Positions 19,431 to 29,639 are shown, counted from the stretch's first letter. The stretch is 64,000 nt of DNA from Candidatus Obscuribacterales bacterium (GCA_965228855.1 CBDDIJ010000002.1:2368001-2432000), one strand, 5' to 3'. Translations and numbers: made by a program. Notes: generated by a model from the letters alone, not told the origin.

Positions 19431-20482
19431 CTGATTTGTTTAGTGGGCGGATGCTGGCGTAAAACCACTTCTTTTACGATCGAATCGACATGATCCATAA
19501 GCTGAATATCTTTTGTTTTGTCGTTGGGAAACAGCTTGGCGTTCAGTTGATGAAGGCGCGGGAGCAAGTGCATCTCCGGATATGTTCTACCAAGAGTGTG
19601 CTGTTCGCACCATGCCACTCGTGACAGCAAGCGTGCGCTTTCCGGTGGCGGTGTTGGAAGCATTGCAACCGGATCGATTTCCTGATCCGGCGCCGCTTCC
19701 GGTGACGGTCCATCGTCGGCACGAGCGTCGTCGGCAAAAGCAAAGCTGCGATCTTGATGATTGTCGAATGGTTTTTTACGCAAATGAATTTCGGCGTAGC
19801 GCTCGAGAGCGTCTGTGCGATTGCTGAAGTCCGGGTCTTGTGATGGTGCGCCGAACGCCTTTTTCTCCAATCGCGCTAAGCGGGTCTCAAGAGGTTGTCC
19901 GGGAAAATCTTGACCGAGAATGTTGTCTTCGAGGTAGGTCACGTGCGGATAGTCTGTGGCGTCCGTCTGCGCTTGTGTCTGCTGCTGGATGGCGCGACCG
20001 CTGCTTGCCGCCGTAGGGGGGACGCGAGGGGGATTGACTCCGGGCATGCTAGACAGCTTAGTTTCGGAGTCGTGGTTTTCCAGAATGTCAGCCAGATGAG
20101 CGACTCTTGAATCCGGCGTGCCGGTTCTTACTTCACCCAACGTGAATTTCTCCATGCGTTGAAGGCGATGATCAATAGGCTCTTGCGTGAAATCGTGCAT
20201 GAAAAAACGTTTTTCCAGTTTCTGCAGTTCAGCGCTTGTATCCGCTGAAAGTGCCGCCGATTCGCTACTTGCTTTCGCATTGTTCTGTTTCGCCGACTTA
20301 GGTGCAGGCTGTTTAGCTACCGGTACAACAGGAGCGTTGGCCGCCAACAATTGATGATGAGATTCAGGCAAATCGCCAGCTGATCTAAACGCAGATGCCT
20401 CGCCCGGCACGCTAATCGCCACGGCGGACAACAACACAAGTGAAGTCCAGTTCATATTCGTATCCCCGATCCGACGCCACAT
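19427..20482 (-). CDS. Secreted hypothetical protein with three repeated helical modules
   Basis: Signal peptide ending ASA; LEKRFF..RLQRMEK, LEDNILG..RLARLEK, CEQHTLG..RLHQLNAK; start may be about 10 codons downstream. Confidence 0.75.
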   Translation of the reverse strand: MWRRIGDTNMNWTSLVLLSAVAISVPGEASAFRSAGDLPESHHQLLAANAPVVPVAKQPAPKSAKQNNAKASSESAALSADTSAELQKLEKRFFMHDFTQEPIDHRLQRMEKFTLGEVRTGTPDSRVAHLADILENHDSETKLSSMPGVNPPRVPPTAASSGRAIQQQTQAQTDATDYPHVTYLEDNILGQDFPGQPLETRLARLEKKAFGAPSQDPDFSNRTDALERYAEIHLRKKPFDNHQDRSFAFADDARADDGPSPEAAPDQEIDPVAMLPTPPPESARLLSRVAWCEQHTLGRTYPEMHLLPRLHQLNAKLFPNDKTKDIQLMDHVDSIVKEVVLRQHPPTKQIS

Positions 20483-20606
20483 TATAGATCAGAGTGGTCG
20501 CAGAATCAGGTTTCAGGGAGATTCTAAACGAAATGCTATGAACGGCGGTTAAGGATTCGCCACTTATACATAATGTGTTTAGGCTGTCCTCAGCAGGAGA
20601 AGCAAA

Positions 20607-21482
20607 ATGGAATCCAAGAAAGTAGTCAGCACGCACCAGCCCAACCCGCCGCATATGGTTGGCGATGGCTTGCCTGTGCGCAATATGTTTTCCTATCGTG
20701 ACCTGGGCAAAGCGGAACTTAGTCCGTTTTTAATGCTCGATTACGGTAGTCCGTCTAAATTTCCACCGACCCAGAAAAAGTTGGGCGTCGGTATGCATCC
20801 GCATCGAGGGTTTGAAACGGTCACGCTTGTTTTTCAAGGCGGGCTTCAGCACAGGGATACGGCTGGAAACTTTGGCGAGATAGGTCCGGGAGATGTGCAA
20901 TGGATGACTGCCGGTTCCGGTGTGTTGCATGAAGAGTTGCACTCCAACGCGTTTCGCGAGTCCGGCGGCACGCTCGAGATGGTTCAGCTCTGGGTAAATT
21001 TGCCGGCCAAAGATAAACTGACTGCGCCTGCTTATCAAACCCTGCTTGCCTCTGAAATTCGAACTGTCGAAAGTTCCAACGGCAAGGTTAAAACTAGAGT
21101 TGTCTCCGGTACCATAGGCGGTACCGATGGTCCGGCGAGGACCTTTACCCCAGTCAATCTGTACGATGTAAGTTTTGAAGATGCCGGGGAGCTTGTGCTC
21201 GATCTGCCGGAGGGATTCACGACAGCGGTTTTCGTAATGGATGGAACTGTCACTATTGACGGTACCACCTCCGTCTCGGGTATCGGACTGGCGGTTCTGG
21301 AGCGCCGCGGTACGCAGCTGAAGCTCGGCGCTAATGGAAAAGCTCACTTACTGGTCATGAATGGCGAACCAATTAACGAACCGGTGGTGGGATACGGTCC
21401 TTTTGTCATGAATACTCATGAGGAAATCAGTCAGGCGATGAAGGATTTTTCGAGTGGGCGTTTCGCCGGTTCCTTGACGTAA
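20607..21482 (+). CDS. Pirin family protein
   Basis: HPHRGFETVT, QWMTAGSGVLHEE, QLWVNLP, GPFVMNT. Confidence 0.95.
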   Translation: MESKKVVSTHQPNPPHMVGDGLPVRNMFSYRDLGKAELSPFLMLDYGSPSKFPPTQKKLGVGMHPHRGFETVTLVFQGGLQHRDTAGNFGEIGPGDVQWMTAGSGVLHEELHSNAFRESGGTLEMVQLWVNLPAKDKLTAPAYQTLLASEIRTVESSNGKVKTRVVSGTIGGTDGPARTFTPVNLYDVSFEDAGELVLDLPEGFTTAVFVMDGTVTIDGTTSVSGIGLAVLERRGTQLKLGANGKAHLLVMNGEPINEPVVGYGPFVMNTHEEISQAMKDFSSGRFAGSLT

Positions 21483-21544
21483 ATGACGGAATGATTCGAG
21501 TTTAGACTTGAAAGTTGAACTCGGTCGAGTCAAACAAGATCGCT

Positions 21545-22636
21545 TCAGGAAAATTGCAGCGTGAGCTGGACGACATCGTCTTGCTCACGCTCGCTATCTA
21601 AGTTAGACAGTGCCAATCCAAGAAGTCGAGCGTTTCGAGATTCAACTTCTGTAGTGTCTAAAAGTTCGATGGCGATTTTCATGATGGTATCGAAAGTGGC
21701 GATACTTTCTATTGTTGTGCGGCTGCGCGTGACTTGTTGATAGTTCGCATACTTCGCTTTGAGCGTGAGTGTACGACCTCCGCCATTGTCGCCAATCCTC
21801 CGCACTAGCGTTTTGGCTATTTCCTCAAGAGCGTCGATCATTGAATCGCGCGATGCCAGATCTTCTGCGTAACTTTCCTCGGCGCCGACCGATTTGCGTA
21901 TGCGATTTGGCTGTACCGTTCTATGGTCGATGCCGCGAACGACCTGGTAGAAAAAACTTCCCATCTTTCCAAACTTGTCGATCAGTTCTGTTTCGCTCAA
22001 CTTCTTCAAGTCTGCTCCAGTGCGGATGCCGTGCGAAAACATTTTTTTCGCCGTTACATCGCCGACTCCATAGAATTTCTCAATTTTGAGGTTTTCCATA
22101 AAAGTCTCGACTTTGTCCGGTGGTATCAAACACATTCCGTTTGGTTTATTGATACCAGATGCGGTTTTTGCCAAAAATTTGTTGATTGAGATTCCGGCTG
22201 AGGCGGTGAGCCTTGTTTCTTGAAGAATGCGTTCTTTGATTTCCTTCGCGATCAATGTCGCCGATGGTAAACCGCGCTTGTTCTCAGTAACATCGAGATA
22301 TGCTTCATCGAGCGCGAGAGGCTCAACCAGGTCTGTATATTCGTGAAATATTCCACGAATTTGCTTTGAAATTTCATGATAAACATCGAATCGCGGTCTA
22401 ACGAAAATCAAGGTGGGGCACTTTTGAATCGCCGTGCGCGACGGCATGGCGGAAAAAACGCCGAACTTGCGCGCCTCATAACTGGCCGCGCATACTACTC
22501 CCCGCCCCTCGGGTGAGCCGCCCACGGCAAGGGGCTTCCCTCTGTATTCCGGATTGTCGCGTTGCTCTACCGATGCGTAAAAGGCATCCATGTCAACGTG
22601 AATTATTTTCCGTACAATTGGAGGACTTGCGCTCAT
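21545..22636 (-). CDS. dinB: DNA polymerase IV
   Basis: HVDMDAFYASVE, SYEAR, LDEAYLD, KFLAK.AS..NKP. Confidence 0.95.
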   Translation of the reverse strand: MSASPPIVRKIIHVDMDAFYASVEQRDNPEYRGKPLAVGGSPEGRGVVCAASYEARKFGVFSAMPSRTAIQKCPTLIFVRPRFDVYHEISKQIRGIFHEYTDLVEPLALDEAYLDVTENKRGLPSATLIAKEIKERILQETRLTASAGISINKFLAKTASGINKPNGMCLIPPDKVETFMENLKIEKFYGVGDVTAKKMFSHGIRTGADLKKLSETELIDKFGKMGSFFYQVVRGIDHRTVQPNRIRKSVGAEESYAEDLASRDSMIDALEEIAKTLVRRIGDNGGGRTLTLKAKYANYQQVTRSRTTIESIATFDTIMKIAIELLDTTEVESRNARLLGLALSNLDSEREQDDVVQLTLQFS

Positions 22637-22704
22637 CGTTGCACAAATTATCGCATAGACTGTGTTAGGATGCAGCAGTTCAATTGTTGCAAAGGAGGAT
22701 GTTC

Positions 22705-23064
22705 GTGGCTGACAAAATTACTGTTTATGAAAAACCGACTTGCAGCAAATGCCGCGAGGTCAGCAAAATTTTGACTGCGCGCGGTGTAGATTTTGACAAG
22801 GTCAATTACTACATTGAACCGCTCAGCGCCTCGAAGCTGAAAGACTTGCTCAAAAAAATGGGAATTAGTGCTCGTGATTTGTTGCGCACCACTGAGTCTG
22901 TTTACAAAGAACTCGAATTGTCGAAGCGAAAAGATTTGAGTGACGACGAATTGGTGACTCTGATGGCCGAGCACCCAGATCTCATTCAGCGTCCTATTGT
23001 GGAACGTGGAGCCAAAGCTGCTCTCGGTCGACCGGTGGAAAACATCGATAAACTTTTCAGCTAG
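22705..23064 (+). CDS. ArsC/Spx family (arsenate-reductase-like) protein
   Basis: AGGAGG then GTG 22705; KPTCSKCR and HPDLIQRPIV. Confidence 0.88.
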   Translation: MADKITVYEKPTCSKCREVSKILTARGVDFDKVNYYIEPLSASKLKDLLKKMGISARDLLRTTESVYKELELSKRKDLSDDELVTLMAEHPDLIQRPIVERGAKAALGRPVENIDKLFS

Positions 23065-23101
23065 AGAAGAAACCATAGAAAATCTTGCTAGTGAGGATCC
23101 G

Positions 23102-26074
23102 TTGACCGAGTGGAAAGATCTTTTCCATTTTCAGTTTCCCCTGCGAAAGTATCAGCAAGACATAATCGATATCTGTAATCGAAAGCTCGCCGATGGCGAA
23201 AAACAGCTGCATATAGTGGCGCCGCCCGGCAGTGGAAAGACAATCATTGGACTGCAAATAGTATCTCAGTTCAAGTGTCCAACGCTGGTCGTTTGTCCCA
23301 ATAGCACGATTCAGGCTCAATGGGCCCAGAAGCTAGAATTGTTTTTTCCAGCGGACTTCGCCGACGTCGCCGTAAGTCAGATGGTCGGCTCGCATGAAGA
23401 CAGACCGCCTCGTCCAATAACGATTGTGACGTATCAGGCGTTGTCAGTTCCCGGGCGGGAGCAGGAGTATGTGAGCGAACTGGCGCAGGGGGAGTGGCTC
23501 GAAGAGGTTTCGCGCGAGCAAGGTACGTCCCCAGAGAGTGCAAGTGCTCGAATTGCTGAGCTTAAACTCAATAACCCCAAAGCCTACAAAAAAGAACTTG
23601 GGCGACATGTGACACGGCTTCGGAAGAGGCTCGGTGCCGTTTTAGAGCTAGAACAGGTACTGCATAGAAACGCCCTGGACTTAATTGACAAACTCAAACT
23701 GACGGAATGTCGTTTAGTGATTTTCGATGAGTGCCACCACCTCACTGACTACTGGGCGACCGTGATGGCTAAAGTGGTTGAGGCGCTTGGCGACCCGGTT
23801 ATCGTAGGGCTGACGGGAACGCCACCCGAGAAGAAAACAGCCAGCCAGCAGAACCGATATTTAAAATTGGTTGGTGAAATCGATTATCAGGTGCCCACGC
23901 CCGCACTTGTTAAAGAAGGTGGACTGGCGCCATTTCAAGATCTGGTCTATTTTACAGAGCCGACTGAAGTTGAGTTGGAGTTTTTGCGCAAGCAGCATGA
24001 TGAAATTCATCATTTGCTCGAGACTCTCAGCGGCAGCGATATAGAGTCCGCGCCGCTTTCTCGTTGGATCGTCGGTCGTATGGATGATAAAACCGGAGAG
24101 GGGCGGTGGAGCGAGTTCGTCGAGCAATCGCCGGCGCTTGCCATGGCAATGGCGCGATATCTTCATACCTACAAATTGACCTTGCCTGCTGAACTCGAAC
24201 TCTCGACGTCGGTTCGTCAGGCACCTGTTATAGATGATTGGATCGTGCTGCTGGAAGATCTGGCTCTAAACAAGCTTAAGACCAGTGATAGCGAAGTCGA
24301 CCATCAACTGCTCGAGCGGATTTCGCTGGCTCTTCGAAAAATTGGGTTCAGTCTATCGGAAAGAGGAATTCGTAAAATTGCTTCTCCGGTAGATCGCGTT
24401 TTGTCGTTCAGTAAAAGTAAGGTATCTGCAGTTTCTAAAATTCTATCGGCGGAGTTCAGCACTCTCGAGGATCGGCTCCGCGTGCTCGTAATCACAGATT
24501 TTGAGAAACTCTCTGCGACTACCGCTGTTACTGTTAGAGATGTGCTCGATGAAGAAGCTGGTAGCGCCTATGGTGCCTTTGTAGAACTTTTGCGAACGCC
24601 TGAAGGCGTTAATGTCAATCCGTGTCTGGTGACAGGTTCACGAGTTTTGATCGACGGACGAGTAGCTGACAAATTCCTTGAGGGGGCTCAAGCCTATTTG
24701 AGAGAATTGCAGGTTAAAACGTCTGTTGTCCTCGAAACTGACGAGCAAAACGGGTTTGCTCGGTTAGTGGCGGACTCGGGCAGTTTTGGCCCGCGTGTCT
24801 ACGTGGGTCTCGTAACTGCGCTTTTCGAACGTGGCATTACTAAATGCTTGATTGGAACTCGTGGAATCTTTGCGGAAGGGTGGGATAGTCAGAAACTCAA
24901 TACGATTATTGATCTGACAACGGCGACCTCTCCCGTATCTGTTAAACAATTGCGAGGGCGTGGTATTCGGCTCAACATGGACGATCCGCTGTCGGAGCGA
25001 AAAGTCGCGAACAATTGGGATGTTGTTTGTATCGCTCCGGAACTCGAAAAGGGGTTGAATGATTATCGACGATTTGTGCGAAAACATGATGGCTATTTTG
25101 GTATCGCAGATGATGGCAGAATCGAATGCGGTGTCGGGCATGTGCATCCATCGTTTTCGGAGTTGACTCCCAACGAAGTTTTTGCATCGATCGAGGACTA
25201 CAATACCGAGATGCTTCAACGCGCGTTGGTTCGAGAGAAAGTGTATGAGTTGTGGCAGGTCGGCAAGCCTTATGAGAACCGGCAGTTAGGCTGCGTTGAG
25301 ATCTCTGGTTTCAGAGAGCCTGGTATTACACCCGCGCATACCGGAGTTGTGGGCGGATACAAAGCTCATGTTTCTCAGATGCGTGGAGAGTTGAACGGTG
25401 TCTTCACGAAATATGGCGCCGTTGGTCTGGTTGTCTCGGTAGCGTCTGCTGCGGTGGTCTCTACCCTGGGTATTCCAGTGATACTAAGTGCGGTTCCTCT
25501 TTTGCTTGCTCTTGTTTTTGCTAAATTACGTCGCGAACGTGTCGAGCACCAGTTCCAACATGAACTTGTCACTCCATCTTCGAGAGAAAACGCCATCATC
25601 GCAATGGCGACCGCCGTGCTTGACGCTTTGAAAGAACGGAAACTGTTGCCTTCTCAAGTTAAACCTTCTTCGATTCAAGTGACTGTTCGCGCCGACAAGA
25701 CCTTCCGTGTTTTCCTCGATGATGTAGAAACCCGCTATTCAGATTTGTTTGTCAAATGTCTGGAAGAGTTGTTGGCTCCAGTATCCAATCAACCATACGT
25801 TGTCCCAAAGTATGAGTTTGATTCGGCTCTTCGCTCCGATCCTGACTCATTTTTTCGCAAATACATAAGTGGCGAAGCCGAGCCGGAGGTCTGCACTTAT
25901 CACGCTGTTCCCAAAATTCTTGCGCGTTCGGAAAAAGGGCGTGATGCTTTCGAGTTCGCCTGGAACCAACATGTCAGTCCCGGCTACGTAACGCCGACGG
26001 AACGCAATCCCGAGGTGCTCCAGAAATATTTTGGAATGGGACCAAGTCTGTCTGAGCGCATGCTATGGGAGTGA
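23102..26074 (+). CDS. SF2 DExH helicase (ResIII-like) with predicted membrane helices near the C-terminus
   Basis: APPGSGKT, DECHH, LTGT, EGWD, QLRGRGIR; hydrophobic stretch GAVGLVVSVASAAVVSTLGIPVILSAVPLLLALVF; start TTG 23102 after GAGGA (alternative GTG 22997). Confidence 0.85.
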   Translation: MTEWKDLFHFQFPLRKYQQDIIDICNRKLADGEKQLHIVAPPGSGKTIIGLQIVSQFKCPTLVVCPNSTIQAQWAQKLELFFPADFADVAVSQMVGSHEDRPPRPITIVTYQALSVPGREQEYVSELAQGEWLEEVSREQGTSPESASARIAELKLNNPKAYKKELGRHVTRLRKRLGAVLELEQVLHRNALDLIDKLKLTECRLVIFDECHHLTDYWATVMAKVVEALGDPVIVGLTGTPPEKKTASQQNRYLKLVGEIDYQVPTPALVKEGGLAPFQDLVYFTEPTEVELEFLRKQHDEIHHLLETLSGSDIESAPLSRWIVGRMDDKTGEGRWSEFVEQSPALAMAMARYLHTYKLTLPAELELSTSVRQAPVIDDWIVLLEDLALNKLKTSDSEVDHQLLERISLALRKIGFSLSERGIRKIASPVDRVLSFSKSKVSAVSKILSAEFSTLEDRLRVLVITDFEKLSATTAVTVRDVLDEEAGSAYGAFVELLRTPEGVNVNPCLVTGSRVLIDGRVADKFLEGAQAYLRELQVKTSVVLETDEQNGFARLVADSGSFGPRVYVGLVTALFERGITKCLIGTRGIFAEGWDSQKLNTIIDLTTATSPVSVKQLRGRGIRLNMDDPLSERKVANNWDVVCIAPELEKGLNDYRRFVRKHDGYFGIADDGRIECGVGHVHPSFSELTPNEVFASIEDYNTEMLQRALVREKVYELWQVGKPYENRQLGCVEISGFREPGITPAHTGVVGGYKAHVSQMRGELNGVFTKYGAVGLVVSVASAAVVSTLGIPVILSAVPLLLALVFAKLRRERVEHQFQHELVTPSSRENAIIAMATAVLDALKERKLLPSQVKPSSIQVTVRADKTFRVFLDDVETRYSDLFVKCLEELLAPVSNQPYVVPKYEFDSALRSDPDSFFRKYISGEAEPEVCTYHAVPKILARSEKGRDAFEFAWNQHVSPGYVTPTERNPEVLQKYFGMGPSLSERMLWE

Positions 26075-26088
26075 TAGCGATAGATTGA

Positions 26089-26229
26089 ATCTGGTCAACT
26101 GAGTCCGAAGTGACTCCTGACGGCACTCGTGCTTACATCACCAAGGTTCGGAAAAAGTTGGAGACCGAAGGTGCAAATATCAGAATTTCAACGCGAAAAG
26201 AATTCGGTTATGTTCTCGAGCATCCTTAG
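26089..26229 (+). pseudogene. Remnant of an OmpR/PhoB winged-helix (Trans_reg_C) C-terminus
   Basis: Translates IWSTESEVTPDGTRAYITKVRKKLETEGANIRISTRKEFGYVLEHP*; in-frame TGA at 26086-26088 directly upstream; no start for the domain. Confidence 0.65.
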
Positions 26230-26554
26230 AATGTGCGTGCATTGATGAAATCTTCAGAACGCGACTTCGCCCGGAAAGCGCATGGTAAGCGTCTTACTCA
26301 AGGTTTACAGGGCGCGTAAAAGCCCACTGTATTTGCTTTGACACCACATTGCATATTTGCGTTGCGGTGTTTTGAGTACGATGGGCGATTGTCGATTTTT
26401 TGTTTTGATGTATGCTGATTTGAGACAACTGAAAACGCATGGTTGCATACTCTAATGCAGCTCCCCATGCGTGTTGCATCGCCCTTGGAAGTATCTTTGT
26501 TCTCCGAAAGTTTGGAAGCCGACAGGCTTGCGCTTTCGCGTGGAGATTTCTCAT

Positions 26555-28117
26555 ATGAATAACATTCGACTCGTTGTGTTGTCAGCTTCAGTGCTTGGAT
26601 TGCTGAGTGACTACTTATTTCACGACACTCTATTCAAATCTGTCCCCTGGGGACTAAACCTCTTTGTGTGGCTAATGTCAGTATCTGTTGCATCGTTGAT
26701 CCTTACGTGCCGCACAAAGCCAACCAGCCAGTGGAAGAGTATGTGGTTCCTTGTGCCACCACTCTTCCTGGCTGCTGGTTGTGCCTGGCGCGACTCTGGT
26801 GTTTTACGCATTCTCGATCTAATGTTGATTGCATTCACGCTCAGCGTCGGGGCAACATCGACTATGGGCTGCCGTTTGCCTCATGCGGGCGTGACACAAT
26901 ACTTGCTGTCAATCGCAGTCGCTCTTCAATTTTTATTCAGTCGCCCGATTCAATTATTTTTCGAAGACATTGAGTGGAAAGGAATAATTGATGAGAGTAT
27001 GCGCGCACAAGTAAGCGCGGTGTTAAGAGGGGTGGCAATTGCTTTGCCGGTTCTCGCTGTTTTTGGCGTCTTGTTTGCCTCAGCGGATGCGGCTTTTGCG
27101 ACGCTGCTCGGTAAGACTTTTCAGTTAGATTTCGGTCAAACCGCGACCCATCTTTTGTTAGTCTTTGGATCGGTTTGGGCCGCTGGCGGATATCTGCATG
27201 GTATGTTTAATTTCAGTTTGACAAACGCTGAGTTCGATCTGCCTAGGGAGGAGAGTTTAAAACTGGGTCTGGTAGAAGTGGGCGTAGTCCTCGGTTTGAT
27301 CGATCTGCTGTTCTTGTCGTTTGTCCTGGTTCAGGCGCAATACTTCTTCGGCGGTGCAAATCTCATAGAGGTCACAAACGGAATGACCTATGCAGAATAT
27401 GCTAGACGAGGATTTTTTGAACTCGTTACGGTGGCATCGCTGGTGATACCAGTATTGTTGCTGTTGGATTGGCTTGTCGATAAGGCTTCTGCCGCAGGTG
27501 TCGTAATTATTCGGGCTCTCAGTTGCGTCCAGATCGGTTTGCTCTTTGTAATCATGCTTTCAGCCGTTCAGCGCATGCGGTTATATCAGCATGAATATGG
27601 TATGACCGAATTGCGTTTGTACACCACCGCATTTATGGCCTGGTTGGCAGTCGTATGTGTGATTTTTCTCGCTACGGTTATGCGGGGCGAACGGAAAGCG
27701 TTTGCATTCGCATCTGTTGTTTCCGGCTTGCTGGTTATAGGCGGACTGCACGCGATAAATCCGGACGCGATGATCGTTTCCACTAACATTGATAGAGCCA
27801 GAGACGGAAAACCTTTCGATGTGGATTATGCTCTCAAGCTCAGCAATGATGCGATTCCTACTCTGATCGTCGGCTTGCCGGAGTTGAAACCGGAAGAGCA
27901 GCGAGCGGTTTATACAAAATTGCGGTCCAGTTTCGGTCGTGCCTGGAAGGCTGATTGGCGCGCGTGGAATTGGTCGGGGAGTCGTGCCTTTTCTTCGGCA
28001 AGTGATTATTTAAACCGAACTTCTCCCTCTTCCTTTGACAAAATTTCGCTGTTGCGTACGACAAAGAATGCTTGCGCATCAGAAGGTAAACCGAAAACTG
28101 CAACTCAAATCTTTTAA
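26555..28117 (+). CDS. DUF4153/DUF4173-type multi-pass membrane protein
   Basis: GGAG then ATG 26555; LFASADAAF, TYAEYARRGFFEL, YG.T.LRLY, DWRAWNW. Confidence 0.85.
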   Translation: MNNIRLVVLSASVLGLLSDYLFHDTLFKSVPWGLNLFVWLMSVSVASLILTCRTKPTSQWKSMWFLVPPLFLAAGCAWRDSGVLRILDLMLIAFTLSVGATSTMGCRLPHAGVTQYLLSIAVALQFLFSRPIQLFFEDIEWKGIIDESMRAQVSAVLRGVAIALPVLAVFGVLFASADAAFATLLGKTFQLDFGQTATHLLLVFGSVWAAGGYLHGMFNFSLTNAEFDLPREESLKLGLVEVGVVLGLIDLLFLSFVLVQAQYFFGGANLIEVTNGMTYAEYARRGFFELVTVASLVIPVLLLLDWLVDKASAAGVVIIRALSCVQIGLLFVIMLSAVQRMRLYQHEYGMTELRLYTTAFMAWLAVVCVIFLATVMRGERKAFAFASVVSGLLVIGGLHAINPDAMIVSTNIDRARDGKPFDVDYALKLSNDAIPTLIVGLPELKPEEQRAVYTKLRSSFGRAWKADWRAWNWSGSRAFSSASDYLNRTSPSSFDKISLLRTTKNACASEGKPKTATQIF

Positions 28118-28140
28118 CCGGCCTCCTCGCACGACCGCCA

Positions 28141-28186
28141 AAAGGATCACACCCGGTGCAGAATGTCCTGCCCGGGTGTGGTCTTT
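28141..28186. terminator. Hairpin between convergent genes
   Basis: AAAGGATCACACCCGG pairs with CCGGGTGTGGTCTTT. Confidence 0.6.
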
Positions 28187-28210
28187 GATCTGCTAGTTAT
28201 CCTCGTATTC

Positions 28211-29284
28211 TCACATTCCGAGGTAACTGCGGATAGTCGTAAGGATGCCGGGTTGACTGTTGTTCAGATAGTCAACGAATCCGGGGTCCGAATACTGGGA
28301 CCATCCGTAACCGCCATTCCAATTGTTATTGTGATAGGCGGAAAACGAACCTCTCATTTGTGCAAGCAGTTGTTGTTCTTGCAAGGGCGTAATCCGTCCT
28401 GCCAACGCGAGTTGATGTATCCGGTACATATTCTGGGCAAGTTGGTCTCGCTCGACACCCCAGTCTGATGAATAGAGGTAGCCGTTGCCGTAGCCATAAC
28501 CGCCGTTGAGCGGACCCATCCCTAAATAGCCCAAGATTCTATCTAACAGAGATGGCTGATTGACCTGCAGATAATCTAAGAACTGAGGTTCCGAGTAATA
28601 GTCCCAGTTGTATGGACCACTCCAGTTGTTGTTGTGATACGCAAGATATGCTGATTGCATTTGCGCATTTAATTGCTGTTGTTGAAGTGCATTTAGCTTG
28701 GCGATTTGATTGATCTTCCTCAGGTTCGCTTTGAGATAATCGCGCTGATCGTTCCAATTTCTGAATCGCCGATCTAAAGCAGCTTGCTGACGATTGCGGT
28801 CATACCAGCGCTGATCCCGGTGGTTGCTTCTGTCGTTACGATCGCTCCAGTGATTGTCGCGATTGTTCCACCGATTGTCACTCGTCCGTCTGTCCCACCG
28901 ATCGTTGTCATTGCGCGATTGTGGTACTGGCACATTAGCGGCAGGTCTTCGTGCCTTGTTCTGCGCGCGTTGCTGATCACGCTGCGCTTGCTCGATGGCA
29001 CGCTGCTGGTCTCGCTGTCTGACTTCGTTAGCCCTCTGCTGATCCTTTTGTTGATTCATTGCCCGTTGCAAGTCGCGCTGTTGGTCGCGCTGTTGGTCGC
29101 GCTGTTGGCGTTGCACGTCCTTTTGTTGCTGGTTGTTCACCTGCCTCTGAGATAAATCGGCACGTCTCTCAGCGCGACGCTCGGCCTTGCCGCTCTGCCC
29201 ATCTCGAGCCGCGAGGGCCGGCGCTGACGCTGACAGTAACAGCGTCAGACTGAGAAGTAGTTTCAACGACAAAGAAGTATTCAT
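28211..29284 (-). CDS. Secreted Q/R/N-rich protein with a duplicated C-terminal domain
   Basis: GGAGG upstream; signal peptide ending ALA; QRDQ repeats; two copies of AYHNNNW.G.Y.W..YS.P.F.DYL...QP..L..I..YLGM. Confidence 0.82.
   Translation of the reverse strand: MNTSLSLKLLLSLTLLLSASAPALAARDGQSGKAERRAERRADLSQRQVNNQQQKDVQRQQRDQQRDQQRDLQRAMNQQKDQQRANEVRQRDQQRAIEQAQRDQQRAQNKARRPAANVPVPQSRNDNDRWDRRTSDNRWNNRDNHWSDRNDRSNHRDQRWYDRNRQQAALDRRFRNWNDQRDYLKANLRKINQIAKLNALQQQQLNAQMQSAYLAYHNNNWSGPYNWDYYSEPQFLDYLQVNQPSLLDRILGYLGMGPLNGGYGYGNGYLYSSDWGVERDQLAQNMYRIHQLALAGRITPLQEQQLLAQMRGSFSAYHNNNWNGGYGWSQYSDPGFVDYLNNSQPGILTTIRSYLGM
29072..29107. repeat. Perfect 12-bp tandem repeat x3 (encodes QQRD x3 on the minus strand)
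   Basis: GTCGCGCTGTTG three times. Confidence 0.9.
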
Positions 29285-29639
29285 GGGGCCCTCCGCAGGT
29301 CTCACTCAATCTAGGAATAAAAATTACTCAGGAGCCAGGTGGTTCATCCAAGCTGCACTACAAGACGGGCTGCATGCTCTGTTGTTCCATGTTCTTCCGT
29401 AGCATGTTAAACAGCCAGCAGTGCCTTGGTCGGCATGAGGGCGCTTGTGCTTTCGTGTGCCTTGTTTAAGCGGTGAGAGGACACGGACTCAATCCTCTCG
29501 TCTTCGCAGAACATTTAAAAAAGTAAGCCTAATCATTCGTATAACTACCACTGGGGCGATTGACCTGTTCCCAGGTCTGATTTATTGTGGAGGCTGCCCG
29601 AAATCAGTGGCACGTTTCCGACACCTGTGGTGAGAACCG

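Noticed and set aside
22637..22704. SOS box upstream of dinB
   Set aside because: No palindrome matching LexA motifs I know
23102..26074. Type I or III restriction system
   Set aside because: No methyltransferase or specificity gene and no clear PD-(D/E)xK motif
29072..29107. CRISPR-like repeat
   Set aside because: 12-bp contiguous coding repeat without spacers; no cas genes
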